A stretch of 63,974 bases of DNA, counting the filler, from Globobulimina sp. (lineage: Eukaryota): assembly GCA_003354225.1 (NCBI GenBank). It is 53 parts of 53 records of this genome, joined end to end, with 100 filler letters (N's around TTAATTAATTAA, not from the genome) between each part and the next. Parts side by side here need not be neighbours in the genome. Positions count along the whole stretch, not along the records: positions 48,371 to 49,478 come from PIVH01023298.1; positions 49,579 to 50,686 come from PIVH01023299.1; positions 50,787 to 51,894 come from PIVH01023300.1; positions 51,995 to 53,102 come from PIVH01023301.1; positions 53,203 to 54,310 come from PIVH01023302.1; positions 54,411 to 55,518 come from PIVH01023303.1; positions 55,619 to 56,726 come from PIVH01023304.1; positions 56,827 to 57,934 come from PIVH01023305.1; 45 more parts are not named here. The stretch is one strand, 5' to 3'. Below are positions 48,582 to 58,759 of this stretch, piece after piece. The first letter of the stretch is position 1. Each line of letters starts with the position of its first letter. Both the position numbers and the translations under genes were made by a program. The notes beneath the pieces were generated by a model. It did no database searches and was not told where the DNA came from. It worked only from the letters and a program-made list of their open reading frames with translations.

Positions 48582-49265
48582 ATGGCGCACCACGAGTTTT
48601 CAACAATTTTAAAAGAGTCCAAATCGCGAATTGATAGTGTTAATGATCCAAATGATTTGCTGGGTTTGCCCTATCCTCAAGGATGTATTCAATGGTACAA
48701 TAATGGTATGATAATAGCAGCGGGAGGAGCTGGGCCGACAAAATGTGGATTAGCCAATGGTTTTGAAATATTACAATTTATTAAAAAAGGGAAAAAATTC
48801 CAATTAAAACGTCATTCCTGGTACAATACAGGAGGAGATATTGTTTATTGTATTCGGCAACATCCAATATATCCATATCAATTTATTGCAGGTATTGGAA
48901 ATAATTTAGTTATTTTGGAAATATCATCATACTCACAACCGCAAAAAAATAATGCATTCCAATATGATTGGATGGCAATATCGAAAATAAAATATCCTTC
49001 AAATGCAATTACAATAAGAAAATCGCCAATAAATACTATATTTGCTTTACCAAATATAGAATATAAGCAATTACCAAACGAAGAAGATCCATTTTGTGTT
49101 TCGACTGTTGCAATATCAGCATGTGGCAAATTAATAGCAACCGGCGGCACTGATGGCATTGTACGCCTTTTTAAATATGATTTTATTCATCCAAATAATA
49201 CAGCAAATACATATAAAGAAATTGATATCACACATCAACATTTTAAGTTTTTAAATAAAAAAATG
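48582..49265 (+). CDS. SEC12: Sec12/PREB-like WD40 protein, N-terminal part (truncated at a junction)
   Basis: LPYP...IIAAGGAGPTKCGLANGF (Sec12 K-loop-like GGGG..K.G..N) and WD repeat VAISACGKLIATGGTDGIVRLF. Confidence 0.7.
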
Positions 49266-49607
49266 GGTATTAGGCGGTGTTGTCATTATTATGGATTATG
49301 TGGATTAGCTCAAATTATAGATCTCAATTTGATTGCATTGTGTGTTATTTGTTATCGTTTTTGTTAAAAAAAGGGATGGTTTATAATTTTTTTTTTTTTT
49401 ATGCTATTTAATGAACTTTATTTTATGTACACATATCGTTGCCGTCTCATACAAGAGGCGGTGCACTGCACTGCACTGNNNNNNNNNNNNNNNNNNNNNN
49501 NNNNNNNNNNNNNNNNNNNNNNTTAATTAATTAANNNNNNNNNNNNNNNNNNNNNNNNNNNNNNNNNNNNNNNNNNNNAACGGCCGTAACACCCCGTTCG
49601 TTTTTAG

Positions 49608-49810
49608 CTTTTACTATCAATGATGTTGAAACTGAAGCAAAAAATCAAAGCAATTTGCGATTCAGTTTCCATCTTAAATCTCGAAATCAAGCATGGGGTG
49701 TTCGCAATTTTCAAGATTTAACACATTTAGCGGATAATTACGGACTTAAAATCGCTCAAAAAATTAATATGCCAGCAAATAATTATATTATTGTCTTTGA
49801 AAAAATATGA
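49608..49810 (+). CDS. METTL26/DUF938 methyltransferase, last exon
   Basis: Manual translation QSNLRFSFHLKSRNQAWGVRNFQDLTHLADNYGLKIAQKINMPANNYIIVFEKI*. Confidence 0.82.
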
Positions 49811-49819
49811 ATATAACTG

Positions 49820-50498
49820 TTAGCCTTGCAAATTAAGCCAAGGATACCATTTATTTAAAAGACCTATCAGTTCATCGATACAGTGTTCTAAATTTTCATT
49901 TATCAAAATGTGATGAAAAAAATCACAATTCTGATCCAAAAAATCAATCTCAAGCTTGGCTGTTTCTAATCTCTTTTTGATTTCGTCATAATTTTCAGTT
50001 CCGCGATCCGATAATCTTTGTTCCAATGTAGATAATGGTGACTCAGGTTATAAACACAAAATTACTATTTAAATGATGATGATTTTCTTTTATTTGTTTC
50101 GCGCCTTTAACATCAATTTCTAATAAACATATTTTGCCATCGTTTTTGATGTTATCCAATGCCAATTTATGTGTACCATAATAATTACTATGCGTACAGG
50201 CATATTCAATGTATTCTTTATTACCAATCCCTTCTTCGAATAATTGTTTACTTATAAATGTATAATGTCGATATGTTTCACCTTTTCGTGGCGATCTCGT
50301 TGTGTGAGATATTGAAGTTGCAAATTGCGCGGAATGTTTAACCAATAAATAATTAATTATAGTTCCTTTACCTACACCAGATGGCCCACAAATTACCAAT
50401 GGATTATAATTACGGGCAGCACTTGAATTTGTACAGAATCGTTTAGATGTGAATGATAAATAACTGAACAATACAATTCTTCTGGTAGCCATTGACAA
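49820..50498 (-). CDS. Guanylate kinase with apparent frameshift near 50045
   Basis: PLVICGPSGVGKGT, SISHTTRSPRKGE, YYGT and LLEIDVKGA motifs. LEQRLSDRGTE continues in another frame. Presequence-like N-terminus. Confidence 0.88.
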
Positions 50499-51324
50499 CT
50501 TAACTTCTACTCAACGATGTATTAGACTATGCCCAACTAAGTTTTTTTTGAGACCATTACATTTGATGTCTACTTATGTCTAAGAGGATTGCTTGCCAGC
50601 AGCGTGGATTAATAAATAGTCCTCACTCTATTGCCTCTACTGTCTCTCCATATGGTTTATAATTCATTTGAAAAATAAACCTCCACNNNNNNNNNNNNNN
50701 NNNNNNNNNNNNNNNNNNNNNNNNNNNNNNTTAATTAATTAANNNNNNNNNNNNNNNNNNNNNNNNNNNNNNNNNNNNNNNNNNNNATTGGTTGTTCGTT
50801 TAAAACGTAACATCAGCGGCAGCAAACACCACATTAAGAAAACACCTGCCCCTGTGGTATTCCCAAAACCCGCGATCACTCTAGGCTCAAACGCCACCAT
50901 GTCTTGAGTATTGTAAAACTCTTCAGACTGCGAACAACTTGTTTCACTTGGGTTTGTTTCAACATCGCTACAAACCCGCATATTATCTAGAAAAGCAGCA
51001 TCATAACCCTCTGAAACTTCGGCATCTTTGAAATAAATAAACATTACATGATTTATTTCACGGGGCAATTCAACCACATGGGATTGCCAAACAGTCTCAT
51101 CCGCTGTTAAATGATATACAAATGAAGTTAAGCAAAGTGCACAGTGTCTTACTGTCACGCATCCAGATTATTGGCGTATTTATTGGATCTTTTAACGTTG
51201 AATATACAATCTCGGATTTAAGCATTCAGGAAATTGATGCTATCAGAAATAGTGCAGGTAGCTACATATAATTATATGTAATATTAATAGTTAATATAAC
51301 TGCAATACAAAAATTAAAGGTGAA

Positions 51325-51894
51325 ATGCAGCAAAAAATGGATGATTCGTTTGATGGATATCAGAGACTGAACATCCATCCAATATTATTCCGTCAAAGCT
51401 ATGATATCGCCATGTTTGATGAAGCGGGAAATAAAACATTCGGTACACAGCATACGTATCAAGTTGGTAAAGATAAAAATGGTGCGAGTGAGACCTATAC
51501 GCAGCCATTAGGTTGGACCCGTTATGGATTGAGTGTGTTGAATAAGTATGAAGATAATAAGTGGCTGAAACCATTCCAAAATGATAGTAATTGGTACAGA
51601 GCTTATCATGGAACGGGGAGTGGTGGGAAAGGAGCAACTGCGGTGGATGCAATGTCTAGTATTTATAATGGTGGCTTCAACATAAGTTTTAAAGACAGAC
51701 GCAATGGAACTCGCGCTGTGTATGGTGATGGAGTTTATGTGTCACCAAATCCAGAATTCGTGAATAGTCGGTATGCATCAACAATATCTATTGATACTAA
51801 ACATGGCTCAAAGAATTTTAAATTTATGTTAATGGTGGCTGTCAAACCAGATTCTGTAGTCAAAGATCGTAAGGATATTTGGCATATAATGCAT
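51325..51894 (+). CDS. NEURL4-type/PARP-like ADP-ribosyltransferase domain protein, partial
   Basis: YTQPLGWTRYGL...WYRAYHGT...SIYNGGF...YGDGVYVSP...YA...FMLMVAVKP. Confidence 0.72.
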
Positions 51895-52036
51895 NNNNNN
51901 NNNNNNNNNNNNNNNNNNNNNNNNNNNNNNNNNNNNNNTTAATTAATTAANNNNNNNNNNNNNNNNNNNNNNNNNNNNNNNNNNNNNNNNNNNNATTGAC
52001 CAAATTTCTGAAAAAGTCGATAAAAAGTGACTCAAC

Positions 52037-53102
52037 ATGGAAACAAACGAGCAACGTATTTTAAAAAAGAAATTATTACATATTGGAAGACCCAAATTGG
52101 TGAAACGGTTGAAACGTTGTGAAGGATCCAATGCGTCAAATTCATCATCATATGGCTCGAAAAATGATTTAATTTCTCGCATTATAAATTCAATTGCATC
52201 ACACAAAAAGAATAAAGAAATAAAAAATAAAAAAAATAAAAAAATGAACAGAAAACCATTAAAAATAAGCGAGCCAATATATGATCACAACAATGCCACA
52301 AAAAACAAAAACAAAGCAAAGAGAAACAGAAAACTGAGTCCGTCTCTGACACCAAAATCTATCCCAAAAAAGAAAAGAAAACCAAAACCAAAACTGAAAC
52401 ACAAACAAAAAAAAGCTGATATAAACCCACACAAATATATTTTTAAAATAATAAACATGCAGCAACGACCATTTTTAAATGGTAAACATTGCAAAATCAT
52501 ATCAAGTGTCGATACTAATGATAAATACAGAGTAAGTTTAATAAATAACGGATCACAACACATTGTACCAACAGACAATTTGCAAAAAATCACTGCAAAG
52601 CATAGAAGACAACAACCAATTAATATAGCATCGGATGAAAATTATTCGCATTGTTTTTCAAATGTTACCATCAAAGAATCGATGGATTTAATCCAACCAT
52701 TCGAAATTGATAAATATTACATTAACTATTATCAACCATTAGCAATTGGGGTATTTGTTGACTATCAGATGATATTAAAATTATTTATTAATACGGACAT
52801 TCAATATCTATTTGGAACAACATATAAAAGTTTTAAAACGGTCTGTTTATCGTTTTTAGATGAAAATGATGGACATACCTGTAATAAATATAAAATCATT
52901 GATGATTTATTCATTATGTTTTATTATAAATGTAATGATAAACAAATTATATTTCTGACGCGCAATGATAATAAGTCTGACAGTGACAGTCCGATATCGA
53001 TGGCAAATATCTCCGCGATAAAAGCGATAGATTTATCATTAATGTCCGTATGTAATGCATATAGAAATATGCCATCAGGTTTTGATACACTTCAACAAGT
53101 AT
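52037..53102 (+). CDS. Hypothetical basic protein with SAP-like N-terminus, 3' truncated
   Basis: L...RPKLVKRLK...GSKNDLISRI followed by a Lys-rich linker. Confidence 0.55.
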
Positions 53103-53227
53103 NNNNNNNNNNNNNNNNNNNNNNNNNNNNNNNNNNNNNNNNNNNNTTAATTAATTAANNNNNNNNNNNNNNNNNNNNNNNNNNNNNNNNNNNNNNNNNN
53201 NNGAATCGAAGAATCTCATTCACGATT

Positions 53228-53299
53228 GATTCATGATTCCTCATGATTCATCATGATTGATTCATGATTCATCATGATTGGTCCATGATTCATCATGAG
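53228..53299. repeat. Array of palindromic TCATGA-containing short repeats upstream of a TATAAATAG box
   Basis: GATTCATGATTCCTCATGATTCATCATGATTG... immediately followed by GTATAAATAG at ~53299-53308. Confidence 0.75.
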
Positions 53300-53341
53300 T
53301 ATAAATAGCGTGCTCCGTTGACAAGAGCTCATTGTACAATT

Positions 53342-53890
53342 ATGGACAGTACTAGGTGCCGGTTCTGTGAGCGCAATTTTTACTCCACCTCTAACCGTCA
53401 TAGACACGAAGCCCAAATTCATAATAATAACAAAGTTGTTAGATCAGATTCAGAAATGGCAGATGATGAAAACCAGGAAATGGAATCAGGAGAAAATTAT
53501 TGGTCCACACTAATTACCAAGACATTTAACGAAATGGATCTCCAAAGTGAGATTGAAAATTGTAATGAAATACTTGGAGAACCAATTCTCAGTCAATTCC
53601 TGGAAGAATTGCGAGAGAATCTGGAAAAACGAATGAAATTTGCACAATATATGGAGGAAGAAGATGAAACTTACCGTGAAATCCAAAATACTGCAAACCA
53701 ATATAAGGATCTTGACAGTGATGAAGCATTTGAGAAAGCATGGAATGAAAGAAAATATTTATTGAAACGTTTGTTGCGAGATAATATGGATGTAATCGAA
53801 AATGAAATAGAAAATAGAGGAGAAGGTAATGATAATCAAGACTGTGAGAAAGAGGAAGATGAAGATGAAAATGGAAGTGAAGACGATTAA
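53342..53890 (+). CDS. C2H2 zinc-finger acidic protein resembling Polinton accessory ORFs
   Basis: CRFCERNFYSTSNRHRHEAQIH and DETYREIQNT...DSDEAFEKAWNERKYLLKRLL. Intronless, with TATA upstream and AATAAA downstream. Confidence 0.6.
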   Translation: MDSTRCRFCERNFYSTSNRHRHEAQIHNNNKVVRSDSEMADDENQEMESGENYWSTLITKTFNEMDLQSEIENCNEILGEPILSQFLEELRENLEKRMKFAQYMEEEDETYREIQNTANQYKDLDSDEAFEKAWNERKYLLKRLLRDNMDVIENEIENRGEGNDNQDCEKEEDEDENGSEDD

Positions 53891-54410
53891 TTTTAAATTA
53901 TATTGTGATGAAAATAAAATAAAATGTTCTAACATTACCCAACACTATATAATGGGTTTAAATAATACACTCCACTATGCAAAAGAAGTTTAAAACATGA
54001 GATAAGATAAGACATTGTTGACTTTAAAACAAACTATTTAGTAAATATAAAATCTCTTATCAGACAATCAGTTAATTAAAGTAGTAATTTAATCAGCTTA
54101 GTAATTAACTAATAATTAAGGGAACATGAGCAATCAACTAGGTAATTAATTAAAGATTAATCTTCAAAAATATGGCTCAAAATGGACCACCCAGAAATAG
54201 GGTCTCAAGTGTCAAGTTGCAAGCTGCTGTGATGTTACGGTTCCCGTGTTCGATTTTAGTGAACCTCATTGTTTAATGGCAAACCCAGCGGTCACTACTA
54301 ACTCATGCACNNNNNNNNNNNNNNNNNNNNNNNNNNNNNNNNNNNNNNNNNNNNTTAATTAATTAANNNNNNNNNNNNNNNNNNNNNNNNNNNNNNNNNN
54401 NNNNNNNNNN

Positions 54411-54464
54411 ACCCGTGACCTCTCGCTTACTAAGCGAGTGCTCTGCCAACTAAGCTAAAAAGGC
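54411..54464 (-). tRNA. tRNA-Thr(AGT), 3' end cut by the contig edge
   Basis: GCCTTTTTAGCTTAGTTGGCAGAGCA-CTCGC-TTAGTAA-GCGAG-AGGTCACGGGT. Confidence 0.85.
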
Positions 54465-54477
54465 ATATGTGTACTGA

Positions 54478-54550
54478 TGGAGAACCGGGGTTTCGATCCC
54501 GGTGCCTCAACGTTGCTAACGTTACACTCTTCCGATTGAGCTAGTTGATA
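54478..54550 (-). tRNA. tRNA-Ala(AGC) with a defective 5' acceptor strand
   Basis: TAGCTCAATCGGAAGAGTG-TAACG-TTAGCAA-CGTTG-AGGCACCGGGATCGAAACCCCGGTTCTCCA. The 5' strand TATCAAC cannot fully pair with GTTCTCC. Confidence 0.7.
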
Positions 54551-54616
54551 TACGAACTTAAAGCAATTATCTTTATATTAATTATTCTCACTAGAAAATG
54601 GTCACACGAATTACAG

Positions 54617-55459
54617 TCAACAACATTTTGATGATTTAGGCACAGTTTGATCATCGATATTATGCAATTTAAATCCTCTCACGTGTTTATCAAATGAAAC
54701 ATGTGTATTTTCTTTCAGCCAATCCAATATCTGCTGCAAATTTTGACCTGTCTTTGCACCCACATCAACATAGGATAATGATTGTAAGTCAGCATACATT
54801 TTCACTTCTTCACGATTAACTTGTCTACGATGTTCCAAATCTATTTTATTTCCTACCAACAAAATTGCAATGTTTGCCACAATTGTTTTCAATTCATCAA
54901 CCCAAGTTTGTGCTTTTTCGAATGATATCGAATCAGTGATATCATAGACTAAAATTGCAGCATCAGAATCACGGTAATATATCGGTGCCAATGCACGAAA
55001 TCTCTCTTGTCCCGCCGTATCCCAAATAGAATATGATATTTGTTCATTATCTACAGTTTGCATCTTTTCCTGATAACTAGCTTGAAATGTTGACATTGTT
55101 TTTTCATCAAATGTTCCATTTATTATTTGGAGCAATATACATGTTTTACCTACACGCCCTTCCCCAAAAATTACAGTTTTAACTTTTAATTTGTGTCTAT
55201 AACGTGGCAAAGATTGAATAGCGTGTTTAAAGCGTAATTTTTGAGCAGTATTTAATCGCCAATCTTCACATAAAGAATTAAATTCGTCCAAATTATCCGT
55301 GTTCAATGATCGTAAATGACTCATTTTGAGTCTTGAATTAATTATTTTCCCGGCGAGATCACTTAAATCATGTTTTTCAATAAATTGCTGAACCATTTGA
55401 TCGCCGACATTTTGTTTCTCGTCCACTTGCTTTCCTTCTGCTGTATCTGCAACAAACAT
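54617..55459 (-). CDS. Rab GTPase (Rab21/Rab5-group-like) with N-terminal SAM-like domain
   Basis: GEGRVGKT, STFQASY, WDTAGQERFRALAPIYYRDSD, GNKIDLE and terminal CC. ~90-aa N-terminal extension. Confidence 0.9.
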   Translation of the reverse strand: MFVADTAEGKQVDEKQNVGDQMVQQFIEKHDLSDLAGKIINSRLKMSHLRSLNTDNLDEFNSLCEDWRLNTAQKLRFKHAIQSLPRYRHKLKVKTVIFGEGRVGKTCILLQIINGTFDEKTMSTFQASYQEKMQTVDNEQISYSIWDTAGQERFRALAPIYYRDSDAAILVYDITDSISFEKAQTWVDELKTIVANIAILLVGNKIDLEHRRQVNREEVKMYADLQSLSYVDVGAKTGQNLQQILDWLKENTHVSFDKHVRGFKLHNIDDQTVPKSSKCC

Positions 55460-55618
55460 GATTTAACGATAGAGTCTTTAAAATGTCTTTAATTGACTAG
55501 TGTCAACTAACTTTTTTCNNNNNNNNNNNNNNNNNNNNNNNNNNNNNNNNNNNNNNNNNNNNTTAATTAATTAANNNNNNNNNNNNNNNNNNNNNNNNNN
55601 NNNNNNNNNNNNNNNNNN

Positions 55619-56726
55619 ATTGCTTTATATTAAATACTTTTACGTGTTTCTGCTGTTTGCGGCGGTTATTATATGTTTCAGTGTTGGTGACGAAGCGGGG
55701 AAATCTTTGTGTCAGTTCGCAGGATATATGTTTGTAATGTATTATTTTGTTGTATTGTTTCGCAGAGCAAAGTACAATGCGCTGTTTTGTTTTTGGAGCA
55801 GTAAATTCCATGCACGCTTTTATAGCCATTTGCGGATTATATATTCGTTTGAGTCGCACAAGAGGGCGGAATCGAGACAGTTATCAGTGAATGACAGTGG
55901 ATTATTTGGCAGATTGTTAGCAAATCGATCATCGTTTGACCAAGCAGCCGCACTGCATTTCTCAGATAGTGACGAAAGCACTGAAAAGCTACCAATGGAT
56001 CTCGATCGAGATCATGAGCAAGTTTAGTAAAAAAAAATAGGTCATTTTTGACATTGAGAATAAAAGCGTAGTATTTATATACACAGAAATCTGATTTTGT
56101 TCCGATGGAAGACGAGAAAGAAGACACTGACATTCCACAACAAAAAGCGAAAATATATTCCGACATTGCTGACCAAGAAATCATCGTTTTCAGAGATATG
56201 AACAGGAACATTTTTGTCAAAACAATGTCTATCGATTATATGGACTTTTGGTCCATGATAGAATTGGACGATAATGACTTCTATGGATGTGCAGTATTTT
56301 GCGGTGCGACCAAAGAATTATGCGCAGCAATATGCGCTCTTGTGATCGTTATAATCTTTGTGGCATTGGCCATCACCATGAGCAGCGCAGCACACTCACC
56401 GACAAAGTCCATATATGTGGAAGACGCCACTGATAGAATAATAGCTCCATATCCAATGTGCCAGGCAGAGTGGGGCGAGAATAATATTAATATTTTAGAT
56501 ATGGTCTATCTAACCATTGTTGCATACTATTCCAAACCAACGGAAATCAAAAACTTATTTGAATTATGGTTTGGAAACGGTACAAATGGCTTAAATGGCA
56601 CAGGTTGGCAGTTTGATAAAATACATATCGAACCGCAGAAACCTGCGTTTTTTCATATATCAAATACAAATGGTTTGGAAGTGGTAGCCGTCCGAGGCAC
56701 CTACGATATGGATGATGTGTTGCAAG
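55619..56726 (+). CDS. Multi-TM protein leading into a lipase class-3-like domain, partial; probable intron ~56022-56087
   Basis: ILDMVYLTIVAY...FFHI...VVAVRGTYDMDDVLQ, preceded by hydrophobic segments. Confidence 0.65.
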
Positions 56727-56826
56727 NNNNNNNNNNNNNNNNNNNNNNNNNNNNNNNNNNNNNNNNNNNNTTAATTAATTAANNNNNNNNNNNNNNNNNN
56801 NNNNNNNNNNNNNNNNNNNNNNNNNN

Positions 56827-57934
56827 GAGGCATTTTTTGTGGATAATAAATTTCTAACAAAATGATATTCCATTCTAATGGGTCTTTCATAGCGAACAAA
56901 GGTTAAATCAAAACTAACCAAAGTGAATAAATGTTGAATAAGTGAAGTTGTATACAGTGCATTGGATATTTGTTGTGTATATTGTAGTACTTTGGTGATA
57001 CGGCTCTGGGAATGCTTTGGTATTGTTTGCCAGACACAGTGCAACAAATTATACCACAAACAATATCCATATTTTGTAATCTGTTGGCGTTCAGCTAATA
57101 TTTTACTAACTAATTTATCCATTAATGCAGTGATATACTCACCAAATATATGCCGAACATTATCTAATATATTATCCGTTGTACCACGTTTAGCCGAACA
57201 TAAATGTTTATAAATCGTACTCATTTGGTTATCAGTCACATATTTTATGCGTTGTGGTGTTTCTAAGCTCCATAATGAGCCTAAACATACCAACAATATC
57301 GACATTTCCTTCCAAGATTTCACAACTTTTACTTTATTATAATACGCCGTAAGATAGCTTGAAAAAATATTCCTTACATTATTTTTCCTTAATAAATAAC
57401 CGCGGGCGCCAGCATTAGTCGTAAAAAAATTGTAGGCAACAAATATAATCCTCAATACAGACAACGGAGCAAGTTCATTGCCCAATAAATTCAATATGTA
57501 CTGCATCATGGAATGTGCAATAGATTCGTAATTATTTTGTTTCGTCCACGTATTCCAATTATTAAAATCAACAAAATACACATAATCTCCACCACGGATG
57601 GTCCAGGTATGTGTCTGCCCATTTTGTCTCGGATAGCAGTCGTTATGTTTAATTATTTTTGTTTTTTGATGTTGCTGCGACCCTATAAATTTGGAGGAAA
57701 TAATATTAAATTCAACATTGGAGCGCACATTATCACATTGTCTGTCTTGATAAATACATAAATACGCATAGCGATTCTTGTCAATGATATAAAATGGATG
57801 ATACTCTTTGGAACCAAAGGGATTTAAACAGTAATTTCCTTCCGTTAAGCTTTTATCAGAGAAGAAAAATATAAAACGTAGAGCGCCTTTTGACTTCAAT
57901 ACTTCTTTTTGACCGCCGTTATTCGGATCTTCCT
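56827..57934 (-). CDS. Hypothetical protein, internal fragment
   Basis: Open frame across the contig with no recognised motif. Confidence 0.5.
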
Positions 57935-58035
57935 NNNNNNNNNNNNNNNNNNNNNNNNNNNNNNNNNNNNNNNNNNNNTTAATTAATTAANNNNNNNNNN
58001 NNNNNNNNNNNNNNNNNNNNNNNNNNNNNNNNNNT

Positions 58036-58413
58036 CGGTCAACATTTGCAAACGTCAAATCGTGGCTATATGAAATTGATCGCTATGCAGTAGGCGATGT
58101 TTGTAAACTTATCATAGGCAATAAATGTGATTTAATTAATGACCGTGTTGTGTCATATGAGGAAGCAAAGGAATTTACAGATTATTTGAATATAAATTAT
58201 GTTGAATGTTCAGCTGCGGACGATTTAAATGTAACATCTGCTTTCAATGCATTAACCAAACAAATATTGGATAAAGATTACGGACATCAATTTGATACAA
58301 ATCCAATTAAAGTTAAACCAAAACAGAGTGCCCCTTTAATTGATGGCGAAACTGTTGCAATTAATACTGACCGGAGGTCAGTAACATCATCATGTTTTTG
58401 CCAAATTTTATAA
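58036..58413 (+). CDS. Rab1-like GTPase, C-terminal half
   Basis: TFANVKSWLYEIDRYA...KLIIGNKCDL...YVECSA...NVTSAF, ending CFCQIL. Confidence 0.85.
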   Translation, partial: RSTFANVKSWLYEIDRYAVGDVCKLIIGNKCDLINDRVVSYEEAKEFTDYLNINYVECSAADDLNVTSAFNALTKQILDKDYGHQFDTNPIKVKPKQSAPLIDGETVAINTDRRSVTSSCFCQIL

Positions 58414-58663
58414 AATATTGTTTCAAACAATTAAATTGTGGTAAATATTTATTTTTTTTTGTTTGTTTTTTTTCTATGGATAAATACAAAGCAATTTGAA
58501 CTGTGTTAATGATTCATGTGAATGAATCTTAGCTATCTTCATTGCATTTGTATTTATCGAATTATTATGACCACTTTAGTTAAATATCAAGATTTTTTCA
58601 TCAACACAGCGTTCGGTTCGGCACTCTGTTTCATGGATTATTGCAATAATATTATGGGCCATA

Positions 58664-58759
58664 AGGCATTTTTGCTTTATCGTAAAAATCTGTTTTTAAA
58701 CAGAAAAAATCAGTTTTTTCTGTTACAAAATAGATTTTTATGATAAAGCAAAAATGCCT
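58664..58759. repeat. 96-nt palindromic (MITE-like) element; partial second copy at 37644-37694
   Basis: 46-nt arms (AGGCATTTTTGCTTTATC...) with 4 mismatches around a 4-nt loop. Confidence 0.85.

Noticed and set aside
50040..50050. Programmed frameshift or selenocysteine TGA in guanylate kinase
   Set aside because: Read-through would not restore the frame and there is no slippery heptamer. A single indel is the simpler explanation.
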